A stretch of 63,689 bases of DNA, counting the filler, from Lama guanicoe (taxonomy: Eukaryota): assembly GCA_013239625.1 (NCBI GenBank). It is 137 parts of 137 records of this genome, joined end to end, with 100 filler letters (N's around TTAATTAATTAA, not from the genome) between each part and the next. Parts side by side here need not be neighbours in the genome. Positions count along the whole stretch, not along the records: positions 49,780 to 50,146 come from PNXV01058358.1; positions 50,247 to 50,613 come from PNXV01058359.1; positions 50,714 to 51,080 come from PNXV01058360.1; positions 51,181 to 51,547 come from PNXV01058361.1; positions 51,648 to 52,014 come from PNXV01058362.1; positions 52,115 to 52,477 come from PNXV01058363.1; positions 52,578 to 52,944 come from PNXV01058364.1; positions 53,045 to 53,411 come from PNXV01058365.1; 129 more parts are not named here. One strand, written 5' to 3'. Positions 49,680-62,854 of this stretch are shown piece by piece. The notes beneath the pieces are model-generated. The model saw nothing but the letters and a program-made list of their open reading frames with translations, had not been told where the DNA came from and made no database searches. How positions within the stretch are numbered: position 1 is the stretch's first letter; each line of letters starts with the position of its first letter. Made by a program: the position numbers and the translations under genes.

Positions 49680-51769
49680 NNNNNNNNNNNNNNNNNNNNN
49701 NNNNNNNNNNNNNNNNNNNNNNNTTAATTAATTAANNNNNNNNNNNNNNNNNNNNNNNNNNNNNNNNNNNNNNNNNNNNCTTCTAGACTATTTGCAGTTC
49801 CTGGAAGGGACCTGCCTCTCTGTGGCCTCCCTTCTTTGCATGTGCAGCTCCCATGGAAGAAGTGGCCTTAACATTATTCCTTCACCTGATCACTTCTAAG
49901 GCATCTCAGAACTCACTACAGTGGTTCCCTCCTCTGGGAGAGCCTTGGCTACAGTTCCGGCTGTCTGCTGCAAGCAACCTCTGCTGACTTTTATCCAAGC
50001 CCTCTTAAAACGCCTCCTTGGCCATCAATTCACGTTGAGTCCTGTGCACCTAGGAGCTCCTGGAAGCAGAGAATGTGTGCTTTTTATCTTTATTCTCAGA
50101 GCATGGTAGAGACTCAGGTATAATTGTGGAGGGAACAGTGGTTATTNNNNNNNNNNNNNNNNNNNNNNNNNNNNNNNNNNNNNNNNNNNNTTAATTAATT
50201 AANNNNNNNNNNNNNNNNNNNNNNNNNNNNNNNNNNNNNNNNNNNNGTGGTTTGTGAACATAGGTGAAGTGGTTGAGCAAGCCTTAGACTGTAAATCTAG
50301 AGATAGAGGTTTGGCCCCTTTTGGGTCAAGCCCTGTGGTGCATCAACATATTGAAATGCATATTCTCAAAAAAGCAGCTTCAATTTTGCTAGGGCTTCTC
50401 CTGCAAATGTCTTCTAAATGTCTGGAGAAATACCTGGAAGCCAATTTACTAGAAGATTTACTGTTAATTAAAATGTCCTGTGGTGGAAGCCCACTGATCT
50501 ACTAAGTATTTACTTTAATTAAAGTGTTTGATTTGCATTCAGCTGATGTAGTACAATCTCCTGTAATCCATATTTTCAGAAATTAAATTGTACCTCCTTG
50601 AACATTTGAAAGCNNNNNNNNNNNNNNNNNNNNNNNNNNNNNNNNNNNNNNNNNNNNTTAATTAATTAANNNNNNNNNNNNNNNNNNNNNNNNNNNNNNN
50701 NNNNNNNNNNNNNCTCTCCCTTCGCTGGAACGTGTCTTTGATGGAGCATTTCGGGTCACTTGCACTGGAATTAAAGAGGTAATAAAGTAAGGGTCTACGG
50801 TTCTCAAAGAGCAGCGTTTATATTCCACTCACATAGTGGCGGCGGGGGGGCCTGCAGGGCTTCAGAGACTGGACCCGGGTCCTCGCTCACGGAACCGTGG
50901 ACCGTTTGCTTCACTCCTCTGCACCTCACGTGTCCAACAGCAGCCTGGGCCAGTCCACCTGGATGGAACTCAGCACTGAAAACCGCAGCCCGCCGCCCAG
51001 CATCCACCTGCTGCTTTCCCTGCAGTGCTTGCAGTGGTATTAAACACATGTCTTGTCTTTTCTTTCACACTCAAGAAACCNNNNNNNNNNNNNNNNNNNN
51101 NNNNNNNNNNNNNNNNNNNNNNNNTTAATTAATTAANNNNNNNNNNNNNNNNNNNNNNNNNNNNNNNNNNNNNNNNNNNNCAATATCAATTCTTGACAAC
51201 CTCACTGAATTTCTCTAAGAATTAAGTAAATATATGGATACATGTATGTTTTATAAACCATAATGTAAAATAAAACTAAAAATGTCACTATTATGATTTC
51301 TGTTATGACAGTCTTACCAAAAATCTTAAAACAAGTAGACTTGACCTGCAAAATTGCTCATATGCCCAACCACTCTCTAAATCAGGTACTTTCAATTAAA
51401 ATTGACTTTCTTTGCTCAAAGGCAAGAGTAAACTTCTTTCTTTAACAACAATTAATATGACTCCTAAAGGAGTAACTCTCTGGATTTAAGATGTATGTTA
51501 GAATATCATACTAAGACCAAAAAAAGAAAAGAAATTGAGGTATATCANNNNNNNNNNNNNNNNNNNNNNNNNNNNNNNNNNNNNNNNNNNNTTAATTAAT
51601 TAANNNNNNNNNNNNNNNNNNNNNNNNNNNNNNNNNNNNNNNNNNNNTTTTTAGAAATGTTTCCCTAAAGGGAAAAATAACTTTTACATCCTCACACTTT
51701 TCACTTTTATGCTTTCTTAAAAATTCGGAAGTAAAAAAAATTTTTTCTTAAGTGCCCCAAACTCAGGAA

Positions 51770-51970
51770 CGGCACTATGATTAAAAGCAGAAGCTCTCAA
51801 TCCAGCTACCTTCCTCCAAATCCTGAATGTGCCTGCCAGACTGGGCGGCCTCAGGCAAATTTTTTACCTTCTGAACTTTAGTTTTCTCATTTGTCATAGA
51901 GGGATTATTCAACTTCCATTATATGTTGAGATATGTAACATATAATCATGCAAAGCATATAGCACATAGG
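51770..51970 (+). mobile_element. MIR SINE relic
   Basis: ctcaggcaaatttttt..cttctgaactttagttttctcatttgt core. Confidence 0.55.
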
Positions 51971-52344
51971 TTGACACTTCATCAACAATGAAAGTTAGAT
52001 GTTTTATTATGGTTNNNNNNNNNNNNNNNNNNNNNNNNNNNNNNNNNNNNNNNNNNNNTTAATTAATTAANNNNNNNNNNNNNNNNNNNNNNNNNNNNNN
52101 NNNNNNNNNNNNNNAGCAGAAGAACTCCAGATGCTTGCTTACACCTATAAAGAAAAATTTTACCTGTATGCATTGTCCTTGTAATGCATCATCTTTCAGA
52201 ATTTTTAATAAGCTAATAATATGTGATGACTAATTATTCAACAAGTATTTATTTGGTATCTATATAATATATTTTGAATTAATATAAGCCATTTTCAAGT
52301 GTTGGTTTCTAGATGTCAGAGGGCACTTCTTAAACATCAAATAG

Positions 52345-52477
52345 TATACCCATGGTAACTATAAGTTTGTTCTCTACGTTTGTGAGTCTGTTTATGTTTT
52401 GTTTGTAAGTTCGTTTGTGTCCTTTTTTTAGATTCTACATATAAGAGATATCATATGGTATTTTTCTTTCTCTTTCT
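52345..52477 (-). mobile_element. L1 3' UTR fragment
   Basis: ggtaactataagtttgttctctacgtttgtgagtctgttt...tagattctacatataagagatatcatatggtattttt. Confidence 0.8.
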
Positions 52478-53149
52478 NNNNNNNNNNNNNNNNNNNNNNN
52501 NNNNNNNNNNNNNNNNNNNNNTTAATTAATTAANNNNNNNNNNNNNNNNNNNNNNNNNNNNNNNNNNNNNNNNNNNNGCTGGGCTCCAGAGCGATGCCAG
52601 AAGGACGACATTCCAGGTGTGGGGACCGCAAGGAACAAGGCCTGGAGGGAGGAATGGATCTTACAGTCAGGAAATGGCCTATGGAAAGAGGATGCTGGCT
52701 GGAGACATAACTCGGACATCCATGAAAGACACTCATGTAGTTGGACTTGACAGTGTGGGCACTAGGGAGCCGTTTCCATTTCTTGAGCAGGAGTGGACCT
52801 ATCCTCAGAGGGTGGGGTGAGGATGAAGAGATGGGATTAGGAGGCTGGCCAGGGGGACACGGGGGAGGGAGGTGCTGGTCTGGTCTGAGACCCCACCACC
52901 AGCTCTGCTTTGCCATTGGCAGCGGCAGTGGGTCTGGGGGCCTGNNNNNNNNNNNNNNNNNNNNNNNNNNNNNNNNNNNNNNNNNNNNTTAATTAATTAA
53001 NNNNNNNNNNNNNNNNNNNNNNNNNNNNNNNNNNNNNNNNNNNNAGTGGTTTCTGGAGATAAGACCTCTGAGAGCTGGAGTTTGAGAGGAAATGACCAGC
53101 AGGCTTCCACGCAGCGTGCTGAGACCAGGCGGGCATTTCCTCTTTTCTG

Positions 53150-53411
53150 CACTTCCAGTGTAAAAGTTCTGGCACCCAATTCTGGTGTGTGTGTGAGGGG
53201 AGGGACCCCCCACTGTACCAGGCAGTTAGCTCAATTCTGACACCGTCTACCCGGGGACAGCTCAGTCTCCCAAGCTACCCCCCACCCCCTACTTCAGACA
53301 CCAGTCACAAGGCTTATTGTCACCTGTGCTTCTGATAGGCCGACTACAGATTAAAGGTTCCCATAACCCCCTCCTTGGCTTCAATTAATTTGCTAGAGCA
53401 GCTCACAGAAC
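53150..53411. mobile_element. MER21-like LTR relic
   Basis: ctcaattctgacaccgtctacc...acttcagacaccagtcacaag...gtcacctgtgcttctga...aatttgctagagcagctcacagaac. Confidence 0.75.
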
Positions 53412-53978
53412 NNNNNNNNNNNNNNNNNNNNNNNNNNNNNNNNNNNNNNNNNNNNTTAATTAATTAANNNNNNNNNNNNNNNNNNNNNNNNNNNNNNNNN
53501 NNNNNNNNNNNAAAAAAAAAAAAAGGATAGCAAACCAAACCAAACCAAAACCAAAATAAATAAATAAACAAAACAAACCAATTATAACGATTTAACAGCT
53601 AATATTTCTACTGATGGCTGGATAGAATTTAAACTCTTATGCTAGAATTGAAAACCTTTGGAAACCCAACCCCACGTACCCTAGTTTCATTTTTCACTAC
53701 AATTTTCAGGTGCCTGAGGCCAGAGCAAAGCACTTCTCGGACCTTTACTTGACCCTCATTCTTACGCTGGTTCCTTACTCTCGAATACCTTTAGCCTCAA
53801 CCTTCACCTGGGCCCATAAAACATATTAATGAATGCTCAGATCAAGGGCTATCTATTAAAAGTGGCACTGAGAAGTGGNNNNNNNNNNNNNNNNNNNNNN
53901 NNNNNNNNNNNNNNNNNNNNNNTTAATTAATTAANNNNNNNNNNNNNNNNNNNNNNNNNNNNNNNNNNNNNNNNNNNN

Positions 53979-54345
53979 AAACAAAGTAAGACCTATCCCA
54001 AGACAAATCATAACTAAAACAGCAAAGGTTAAAGATAAAGAGAGAACTCTCAAAGCAAAGAGAGAAAGACAGAGTCACATACAAGGAATACCCGCATGAC
54101 TGTATCAGCTGCTTTTTCTGCAGAAACTTCACAGGCTAGAAGAGAGTGGTGTGATTTATGTAAAGTGGTAAAAGAGAAAAACCTACAACTAAGAACACTA
54201 CACAGCAAGACCGTCATTTGGAATCAAAAGAAAGATGAAGAACTTCTTACACAAGCAAAAACTAAGAGTTCACCAATACTAGATGGACACTGAAGGAAAT
54301 GACAAAGGGTCCTCTCTAATTGGAAAAGTAAAAACTACAAGAAAT
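53979..54345 (+). mobile_element. L1 ORF1 C-terminal fragment
   Basis: aaagataaagagagaactctcaaagca...gtcacatacaaggaa...cagaaacttcacaggctagaagagagtgg...aaaaacctacaac. Confidence 0.85.
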
Positions 54346-55499
54346 NNNNNNNNNNNNNNNNNNNNNNNNNNNNNNNNNNNNNNNNNNNNTTAATTAATTA
54401 ANNNNNNNNNNNNNNNNNNNNNNNNNNNNNNNNNNNNNNNNNNNNAATAATTATCTTGCTCAGATTTTAGGTTTACCTTTTCATTGTGAGTGTACTTGTG
54501 TGTGCATGCACATTGGAATCATCCAAGGATTACAAAGGATAAATAAATGGAAGATATGGACCTTGATCTATGAAACTTTACCTCTTTTGGCTTTCAAAAA
54601 TTGTGACAATCAATTTGAGTGATTTTGTTAATAATTATCCTTTTAAATGAGACATTGTAACATTAATTTAAGTCTATTTCTTGAAAAGCTGTATCACTGG
54701 AAAAAATGAAGTTGGGTGATCTACAGAGTTAAAATTATCTCCCAGTAAGCTAAATTGGATTTACTTCTTTTTCAAAAGGCTGTATTATACAAAGAAGAGG
54801 CTATTCCTCCTTNNNNNNNNNNNNNNNNNNNNNNNNNNNNNNNNNNNNNNNNNNNNTTAATTAATTAANNNNNNNNNNNNNNNNNNNNNNNNNNNNNNNN
54901 NNNNNNNNNNNNTCATAAAAAAACAGTAACATAATATTATGATTTAACTGCTTGACACACAACTTTAACCATTTTTCAACAATTTTGGACTGCATATTCT
55001 GTGGTTGCACTTTATAAGACAATGACATTTTCTGTGAAGAAAAGAGAAAAATAATTCAATTATTCTAGTATTGTTGGCTGAGAATTATTTTCTTATACTT
55101 TAGAAAAGTTTCTGTGCTTCCTACATTTTTAGGATTGTGGTCAACTTAAGATAACTGTTATTAAATTATTTTCATATAGGACCTCCCTGAACCTGAGTTT
55201 CCCAGAAATTTGATCTTAGAAAATAAACACTACATTGTACATTTTCCCCAAGAAATGTGATCCAGGAAGCCAAAGGGACNNNNNNNNNNNNNNNNNNNNN
55301 NNNNNNNNNNNNNNNNNNNNNNNTTAATTAATTAANNNNNNNNNNNNNNNNNNNNNNNNNNNNNNNNNNNNNNNNNNNNCTCCTGGCTTTTAGCATGCAT
55401 TACCACAATGAATTCTCCACTCCCCAGCTGAGTGGTGGTTTTAATATGTTACTCTAATCATTTTGTATGCCTGGCTTAGATCTTAACATTGCTTTTAGA

Positions 55500-55746
55500 A
55501 AACAACCCCAGATCCTTAACCTTCCTCTGATGACCCTGCATTATCTGGCCCTGTGTTTCCCTGTGACCTTACTGTGTCCCATTCTCTCCTCCCAACCCCA
55601 CCCTCATGACTATTCTCCAACCAAACTGGTCTCCTTTCTGAGCCTAAAACATGCCAAGCTCTTTGCCATACCCTGGCTTTTGTGCTTGTTCCTGTTGTCT
55701 GAGAACTGTTTTCCTGTCACTTCCCATAGCACCTTTCTGGTTTCCA
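55500..55746 (+). mobile_element. L2 3' region relic
   Basis: ccctgcattatctggcc...ccaaccaaactggtctcctttctg...catgccaagctc. Confidence 0.55.
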
Positions 55747-56014
55747 NNNNNNNNNNNNNNNNNNNNNNNNNNNNNNNNNNNNNNNNNNNNTTAATTAATT
55801 AANNNNNNNNNNNNNNNNNNNNNNNNNNNNNNNNNNNNNNNNNNNNTCTATTCCCTACATTGAGGTTTGTTGAGAGGGAGAGAAAAGATGTCTGCAGCCC
55901 ATGGTAAAGACAATTCAATCACAGCTCTTCTTTATTGGGTATGTGTTAGGTGCTGAGCACATTACTTATTTTAATCATCACAATATCTGTGGAAGTTAGG
56001 TAACATTATCTCTA

Positions 56015-56213
56015 TTTTTTAAATAAGCTTTCAATTTCAGAATGGTTTTAATTTTACAGAAAGTTTGCAAAGATAGTGCAGAGATTTCTAGTATATTCTT
56101 CACCCATTTTAAGTGTCTTACATTACCAGGTGCATTCGTCAAAACTAAGCAATTGACATTGTTAGGTTACTTTTAACAAATTTCAGATTTTATTTGGATT
56201 TCATCAGTTTTCC
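56015..56213 (-). mobile_element. L1MC-type 3' end
   Basis: ttttacagaaagtttgcaaagatagtgcagag...gtcaaaactaag..attgacattg...tttggatttcatcagtttt. Confidence 0.7.
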
Positions 56214-57247
56214 NNNNNNNNNNNNNNNNNNNNNNNNNNNNNNNNNNNNNNNNNNNNTTAATTAATTAANNNNNNNNNNNNNNNNNNNNNNNNNNNNNNN
56301 NNNNNNNNNNNNNTGTCCCTGAGGCCCCAGAGCCATCACACCTGAGCCCAACCCTTTGTCTTGGAGACACATTAAATGCCCTCTGTTGCTCTTGGCCACC
56401 TCATCCTATCTCATCCTCAGGTGACCAGGAGCCCTTGCAGCTCCAAGAGATGGTTCTTCTGCTCTGATCATGGCACTCAAGCTCTTGATCCATTCAAACC
56501 AGGACTAACCTTCTGTGACCAACGAGGTCTGAGTTCTTCATTGCTGCCCAGGGTCCACCTCAAGCCCGGCTAGTGTGTATTTTAATTCCAAATGACTCCC
56601 TCTTGCTTCTTCACACTGCCAGCTCCCCCGGCTCTCCTCCATTCACGTCTTTGCCTGGCCTGCCCAGTTTTTCCCAGCACNNNNNNNNNNNNNNNNNNNN
56701 NNNNNNNNNNNNNNNNNNNNNNNNTTAATTAATTAANNNNNNNNNNNNNNNNNNNNNNNNNNNNNNNNNNNNNNNNNNNNGGGGAGTAAGGCTGAGCCAG
56801 ATCGTGGGAAAGGGGAGATCTTTTGGCTTTGTTCTCCGAGACAGGCCCTGGATGCTTTCATTTGTTTCTGTAATGCTGGTAGTTGCGGGACTTAAAGGAG
56901 CAACTGGGGTGAGGGTGAGAATTCCACGCTGGGGTCAACCTCCCTCCATGGCCCCGTCGTCCCTTCTGGAAGCCAAAGCAAGCACTTGGCTCCCCTTCCC
57001 TTCTCCCCAGCAGGACACTAGACAGACGCCACACCGGTCATGGGAAAAAAACATGTATTTGGGGGAACAATAAAAGTTGTGGTTGGAAGGAGCCATTAGC
57101 ACACAGAGGATGTGCTAACATGATAAGGAACAGATTTTCTTTGAATGNNNNNNNNNNNNNNNNNNNNNNNNNNNNNNNNNNNNNNNNNNNNTTAATTAAT
57201 TAANNNNNNNNNNNNNNNNNNNNNNNNNNNNNNNNNNNNNNNNNNNN

Positions 57248-57614
57248 CAACACGGACCTGCTGAATAACACAGGCAGCGATCTTCAATATCCTGGAATAC
57301 CCTATGAAGGAAACTAATCTGAAAATACAATATACATACAAACCGAACCACTGTGCTGTACACCCGACCTAATACAGGAGCGGAAATCAACTACACTTCA
57401 ACGACAACGACAACAACAATGAAGGCACCAAAGGAGAGCTACCATATGATCCAGCAACCCCACTGCTGGGTACGTACGTGGGAAAGATGAAACCTCTACT
57501 TCGAAAAGATGCAGGCACCGCCCCCCTCCTCCAGGACCTTCCTAGCAGCACTATTTGCAATAGCCGAGACCCAGAATGAACCCAAGGGCCCATGAGCGGA
57601 CGGTGGACTTAAGA
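57248..57614 (+). mobile_element. L1 3' end with decayed tail, followed by a second L1 ORF2-end segment (nested), both GC-shifted
   Basis: 57248-57400 is L1 3' UTR (..gctgtacacc..aaatcaactacacttcaa), then tail acgacaacgacaacaac, then gagctaccatatgatccagcaaccccactgctggg..gcagcactatttgcaatagcc. Confidence 0.75.
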
Positions 57615-57746
57615 NNNNNNNNNNNNNNNNNNNNNNNNNNNNNNNNNNNNNNNNNNNNTTAATTAATTAANNNNNNNNNNNNNNNNNNNNNNNNNNNNNN
57701 NNNNNNNNNNNNNNTGGTTTTGTGCCCAGGTTCTTCAGCAGAGGGA

Positions 57747-57788
57747 CAGGGACCTGTGATCCCACAGGGACCTGTGATCCCACAGGGA
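57747..57788 (+). repeat. 18-bp tandem duplication (cagggacctgtgatccca x2.3)
   Basis: Exact copies at 57747 and 57765, plus a partial third copy. Confidence 0.9.
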
Positions 57789-57806
57789 GCTGGGAGAGAC
57801 CTAAAC

Positions 57807-57938
57807 CTGTCGAAAGTGAAGGAGGAAGATGAAGGCATGGAGACTGACCAGACCAGTGATGCAGGGACCTATCGGAGGAGAACCCATGTCTTGGATGAGG
57901 GGCTGAAAGATGAGCATGTTCACGTCAGCCACCTTGCC
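57807..57938 (-). CDS. Candidate 132-nt exon with a hydrophobic C-terminal stretch, gene unidentified
   Basis: Acceptor attctctccgcacAG, open frame GKVADVNMLIFQPLIQDMGSPPIGPCITGLVSLHAFIFLLHFRQ, weak donor CAG|GTTTAG. Confidence 0.25.
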
Positions 57939-58739
57939 CTGTGCGGAGAGAATAGGACGATGACTCACAGGGTGGGGCTCATGGGAATGTCTGAGAAGGA
58001 CCAGAGTCTCTGTGTCCCCTGTCCTGGGGCTTACGTTCCCCCCTCACATCCGTCCTGGAGGCAGACAGGGCAGAGCTTTCCNNNNNNNNNNNNNNNNNNN
58101 NNNNNNNNNNNNNNNNNNNNNNNNNTTAATTAATTAANNNNNNNNNNNNNNNNNNNNNNNNNNNNNNNNNNNNNNNNNNNNAAAACAAAACAAAACAAAA
58201 CCCTATGCTGGCAGTACCTGTACCATAAAGCTTCCATCTAGGAACCTGGTGAAACACCACGTGAGATGGGTCAGTGCGTCCCACTCACCAGCCCACGTAT
58301 CTCCCTCGTCTGGCCTTGGGAGAGGGAAAGTGAAGACATCCTCTGTGCTCTGCAGAAGCAAAGATGAGCTCAAGCAGAGACTTCCCGTGAATTTTCACAA
58401 AATGATATATCCCCTGCCCCTCACGATTATATTTTTTATTTTGAACTATGAGGAGAGACACTGGAACATAGTTCCATTCTGGCCTTGGTGTGCTCTAAAT
58501 TTCTGAAAATGAAGCTGGAATATCCCTTGATGAAGAGGTTTTTTTTTTNNNNNNNNNNNNNNNNNNNNNNNNNNNNNNNNNNNNNNNNNNNNTTAATTAA
58601 TTAANNNNNNNNNNNNNNNNNNNNNNNNNNNNNNNNNNNNNNNNNNNNTAAACATGTACTGCTTTAAAGATTGGTTGTACAACAGCACGAATCTACTTAA
58701 CAGTACTGAAATGTATGCTCTGTATATACACACACTTTG

Positions 58740-58910
58740 TAGCAAAGACTGACAGAATTCAGGAAGAAATGGATAATCTGACAATGATAGAGACTTCAGT
58801 ATCAACTTCCAATAACAGATGTAGCAACTAACAAAACATCAGCAGGGATACAGATGATTTAAACAATATTATAAGCTACCTAGATCTAACAGACACACAG
58901 TACACTTTAT
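58740..58910 (+). mobile_element. L1 endonuclease-region relic
   Basis: agactgacagaatt..ggaagaaatgga...gagacttca...cagcagggatacagatgatttaaacaa...ctagatctaacagaca. Confidence 0.7.
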
Positions 58911-60049
58911 TGGCAAATAAATGACCTGATTTATACACCTTGATCGCATTTTCTCGCCTTACTTGCAATGACCAAACCAACAGGTCTGTATTAGAGACCA
59001 GTGCACTTCTCTGCCNNNNNNNNNNNNNNNNNNNNNNNNNNNNNNNNNNNNNNNNNNNNTTAATTAATTAANNNNNNNNNNNNNNNNNNNNNNNNNNNNN
59101 NNNNNNNNNNNNNNNCAGGCTGGCCTCACACGCTTGCCCTCACCAGACGGAGCAGCCCCAGGACAGAGCCTCCCGGCGGCAGGGCCAGGGCGTCACTGCT
59201 CGTCTCAGAACACACTGCTCCAGCCACACGGTGCTGCCTCTGCTCCCCCACACCCCAGTCACGCCCGAGCTGTCACTTTATCGCAGGGAAGCCCAAGTCC
59301 CCTCCCCGGTCCTTCCAAGGCTCAGAACACACCCTGGCAGGTACTGGGTGTGCATGTGGCCACGCCTGCTGGGGAGTCCCTGCTGCACCATTTGCAGACG
59401 AGGGACATTGGGACGAGTTACTTTCCCTCTAAGCTTGGGTTCATCCTCAGAAAATCTGTGTTCTTCCTGTAAACCTGTCAATNNNNNNNNNNNNNNNNNN
59501 NNNNNNNNNNNNNNNNNNNNNNNNNNTTAATTAATTAANNNNNNNNNNNNNNNNNNNNNNNNNNNNNNNNNNNNNNNNNNNNCCGTTCAGTGCAGGCCCC
59601 AGCTGGGGAGTGAGGAAGATGCTGGCTCCCCACTGAGGAGGACAATCTGATGGGAGGCATATGCCCTTGGGGCATTTGCAATCTCGTGGGCCATCTGGAC
59701 ACAACAGAAAAATGAACACAGTGTATGTAGCCAACGTGGGACTGATGCTCAACACAGCCTCCAGATGGTTTCCATTGTACAAGGAGAGCTACGTGCCCTT
59801 AGGGAGAAGTGGTGCCTAGAAACACGACCATTATATAAGAAAAAAGTCTCTCAGCTTTTCTTAGCAGCGTACATTATTAACAGCCTGATCAACACAATAT
59901 GCTTAGATTAGATAAACCAAAGAACAGATTTTGAGATAACATACTTTCTNNNNNNNNNNNNNNNNNNNNNNNNNNNNNNNNNNNNNNNNNNNNTTAATTA
60001 ATTAANNNNNNNNNNNNNNNNNNNNNNNNNNNNNNNNNNNNNNNNNNNN

Positions 60050-60416
60050 TTTCATCATCAAGCCATTGGTTTTTTAGTAACATGTTTGTTAAGTGTCCAT
60101 GTGTTGTTTTCTTTCTCCTTTTTTTTCTGTGGTTGATTTCTAGTTTCATGTCACTGTGGTCAAGAGAAGATGCTTGAAATAATTTCTATCCTCTTAAATC
60201 TACTGAGGCTTTTTTGGGCTTGAGTATGTAGTCTATCCTAGACAATGTTCCATAAGCATTTGAAAAGAATCTGTATTCTGTTTGGGGGGATGTAATGACC
60301 TAAAAATATCAACCAAGTCCAACTGTTCTATTTTGTCATGTAGTATTTCCATTGCTTTATTGATTTTCTATCTGGAAGACTTGTCCAATGATGTTAGTGG
60401 GGTGTTAAAGTCTCCT
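60050..60416 (-). mobile_element. L1 ORF2 endonuclease region
   Basis: ctgtggttgatttctagtttcat...agaagatgcttgaaataatttctatc...gttagtggggtgttaaagtctcct. Confidence 0.9.
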
Positions 60417-61327
60417 NNNNNNNNNNNNNNNNNNNNNNNNNNNNNNNNNNNNNNNNNNNNTTAATTAATTAANNNNNNNNNNNNNNNNNNNNNNNNNNNN
60501 NNNNNNNNNNNNNNNNGGCAGCTCTTGTTAAAACTAGAACAAAACTGATTCTTTGGAGGAGACAGTTTTATCAGCCTTTTCTTGTTTGGTGTGAACACAA
60601 AAAGAACTGCTTGATGCTGTCTTTAAAAGGGGAAACAACAGCAGAAAAGCAAACAAAACAAACAGGTAATTAATAGAGTCCCTGATTGGTGGCAGATTAG
60701 AGATGCTTCCAGCAACAAGTCAACAACTAAATGCTTCTCAACAAATGCCATCTCAGCTAACTTCGGCTTCTGGGATTCATATGATAATCAAATAAGGTAA
60801 CACATATGGAAATCTTTGGTGAACTGGAAGGTGCACAAAAAATGCAAACACCTATTGTCTGTTTTGTCTTCCTAGACGCTCTCNNNNNNNNNNNNNNNNN
60901 NNNNNNNNNNNNNNNNNNNNNNNNNNNTTAATTAATTAANNNNNNNNNNNNNNNNNNNNNNNNNNNNNNNNNNNNNNNNNNNNTCCATCATTAAAAGATT
61001 GATATAACCAAGTCACCTCCATCATACTTTCAGTAATGGTGGTAAGGTTTTCTCAATGTTTCCTTGAGGTTGGAGTATGGTAACCAGAGGGAAATTGATA
61101 CATCAAAACAAAAGGACCTGGACAAAAAATATTCTTAGATTAATATCCTGATTCTGAATACTATCAACTTTCAGGAAAATCAGCTTAGTAAATGTCTTGT
61201 GGTATTCAGTCCAGTTTGACCTGCTGTCAGTCTGTTATTGTCATTCATGTTGGGTTTGCATTACGGGCAACAGGGATAAAATTTCTAAGGTGTTTTGTTT
61301 ATGTATATGCAAACAAATATGTGTTAT

Positions 61328-61350
61328 ACACACACACACACACACACACA
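61328..61350 (+). repeat. (CA)n microsatellite at contig end (similar at 12884-12899, 18578-18606, 32992-33012)
   Basis: Dinucleotide runs abutting linkers. Confidence 0.9.
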
Positions 61351-62854
61351 NNNNNNNNNNNNNNNNNNNNNNNNNNNNNNNNNNNNNNNNNNNNTTAATT
61401 AATTAANNNNNNNNNNNNNNNNNNNNNNNNNNNNNNNNNNNNNNNNNNNNAATGAGATTTAGGAGCGTGCCCCCAAGGGGTAAGAATGAAGAGTCTCTAA
61501 AGAGCATCATGCCTTAATCTACAGAAGAAATGAATCTGTAAAACAAGAGATACATCCGTTCAGGGAAGCCAAGGGGATCATGTGGTCCTAAAGTACACGG
61601 ATCCTTTGAACAGAGAAGAAAGAAAAAAAAGCTGTGTGTGGTACTTGTTCTATGGAAAATGGATCACTATTTCGTACACAGTCCTCAGTAAGCAATAATG
61701 CCTTCACTGGAGTAGTTGATGGGAACTTTTTTAGACCTTTGTTGTTAATCTGGTCTACGTATGCTGTTCTAAGTCTTCATCCCAGGTGAACAGTGCATCA
61801 TGGCCACCTGAGGTCTCTNNNNNNNNNNNNNNNNNNNNNNNNNNNNNNNNNNNNNNNNNNNNTTAATTAATTAANNNNNNNNNNNNNNNNNNNNNNNNNN
61901 NNNNNNNNNNNNNNNNNNGGGTGAGGGTGAGGGATGCTCTGGAATATTGTCCATTCTCTTCTCTCAAGCTGTGACTGGACAATCAGTCCCCACCGCCTCC
62001 CTCTTCATGGCGGTTCTTTTTCTTCTAGTTCACTGTCTGGGGGTCAGTGATTTAGGGGTCCTGGCTTTACGCAGAGGTCTCGTGTGGTCTCCATCCTGCT
62101 CCGGCCCAGCCTTGGCCTCCTGTCACCAGGGATCAGGAGGCTGGAAAGCCCAGCCTGTGCGCTGGGTCCCTGGGAACTGATGACGATGTTGGTATCTCCC
62201 GGGACGCATTCATTTGCAACCTGCCCTTTACTCTTGCAACACTGTGATTGATAAGAAATATATATGTCATTCAGATGACCAAAAACNNNNNNNNNNNNNN
62301 NNNNNNNNNNNNNNNNNNNNNNNNNNNNNNTTAATTAATTAANNNNNNNNNNNNNNNNNNNNNNNNNNNNNNNNNNNNNNNNNNNNGGGGGGGTGTAACA
62401 GAAAAGTGGACAGACTCTAAAGATGAAGGCGCTGGAGGCACCACAGTGAGTCATTTGCCCAAGTAGAAGGAGGACTTGGGAGTGTGGAGTGACGTGGCAT
62501 CTTTTCACAGGTTGAGAAGGGCCTGGGGGCACAGGGGAGTTCTTGAATGTCATCTAGCGAGTTAAAGCACAGAGTCCTGCCCTCCCACGTAAGGTGTGCT
62601 ACCTTCTTCCACGTTGCTGCCCTGTGAAAAAAGACAGGTAGGAGAGATGGCACATTGCGGAGTGGGGAGCGCCAGGCTGGGGACGCACCACCTGCTTTGA
62701 GTCTGGCCACACCGTGGTCTGGGTGTGTGGTGCTGAGCCTCCCCTCTGTCTCACNNNNNNNNNNNNNNNNNNNNNNNNNNNNNNNNNNNNNNNNNNNNTT
62801 AATTAATTAANNNNNNNNNNNNNNNNNNNNNNNNNNNNNNNNNNNNNNNNNNNN

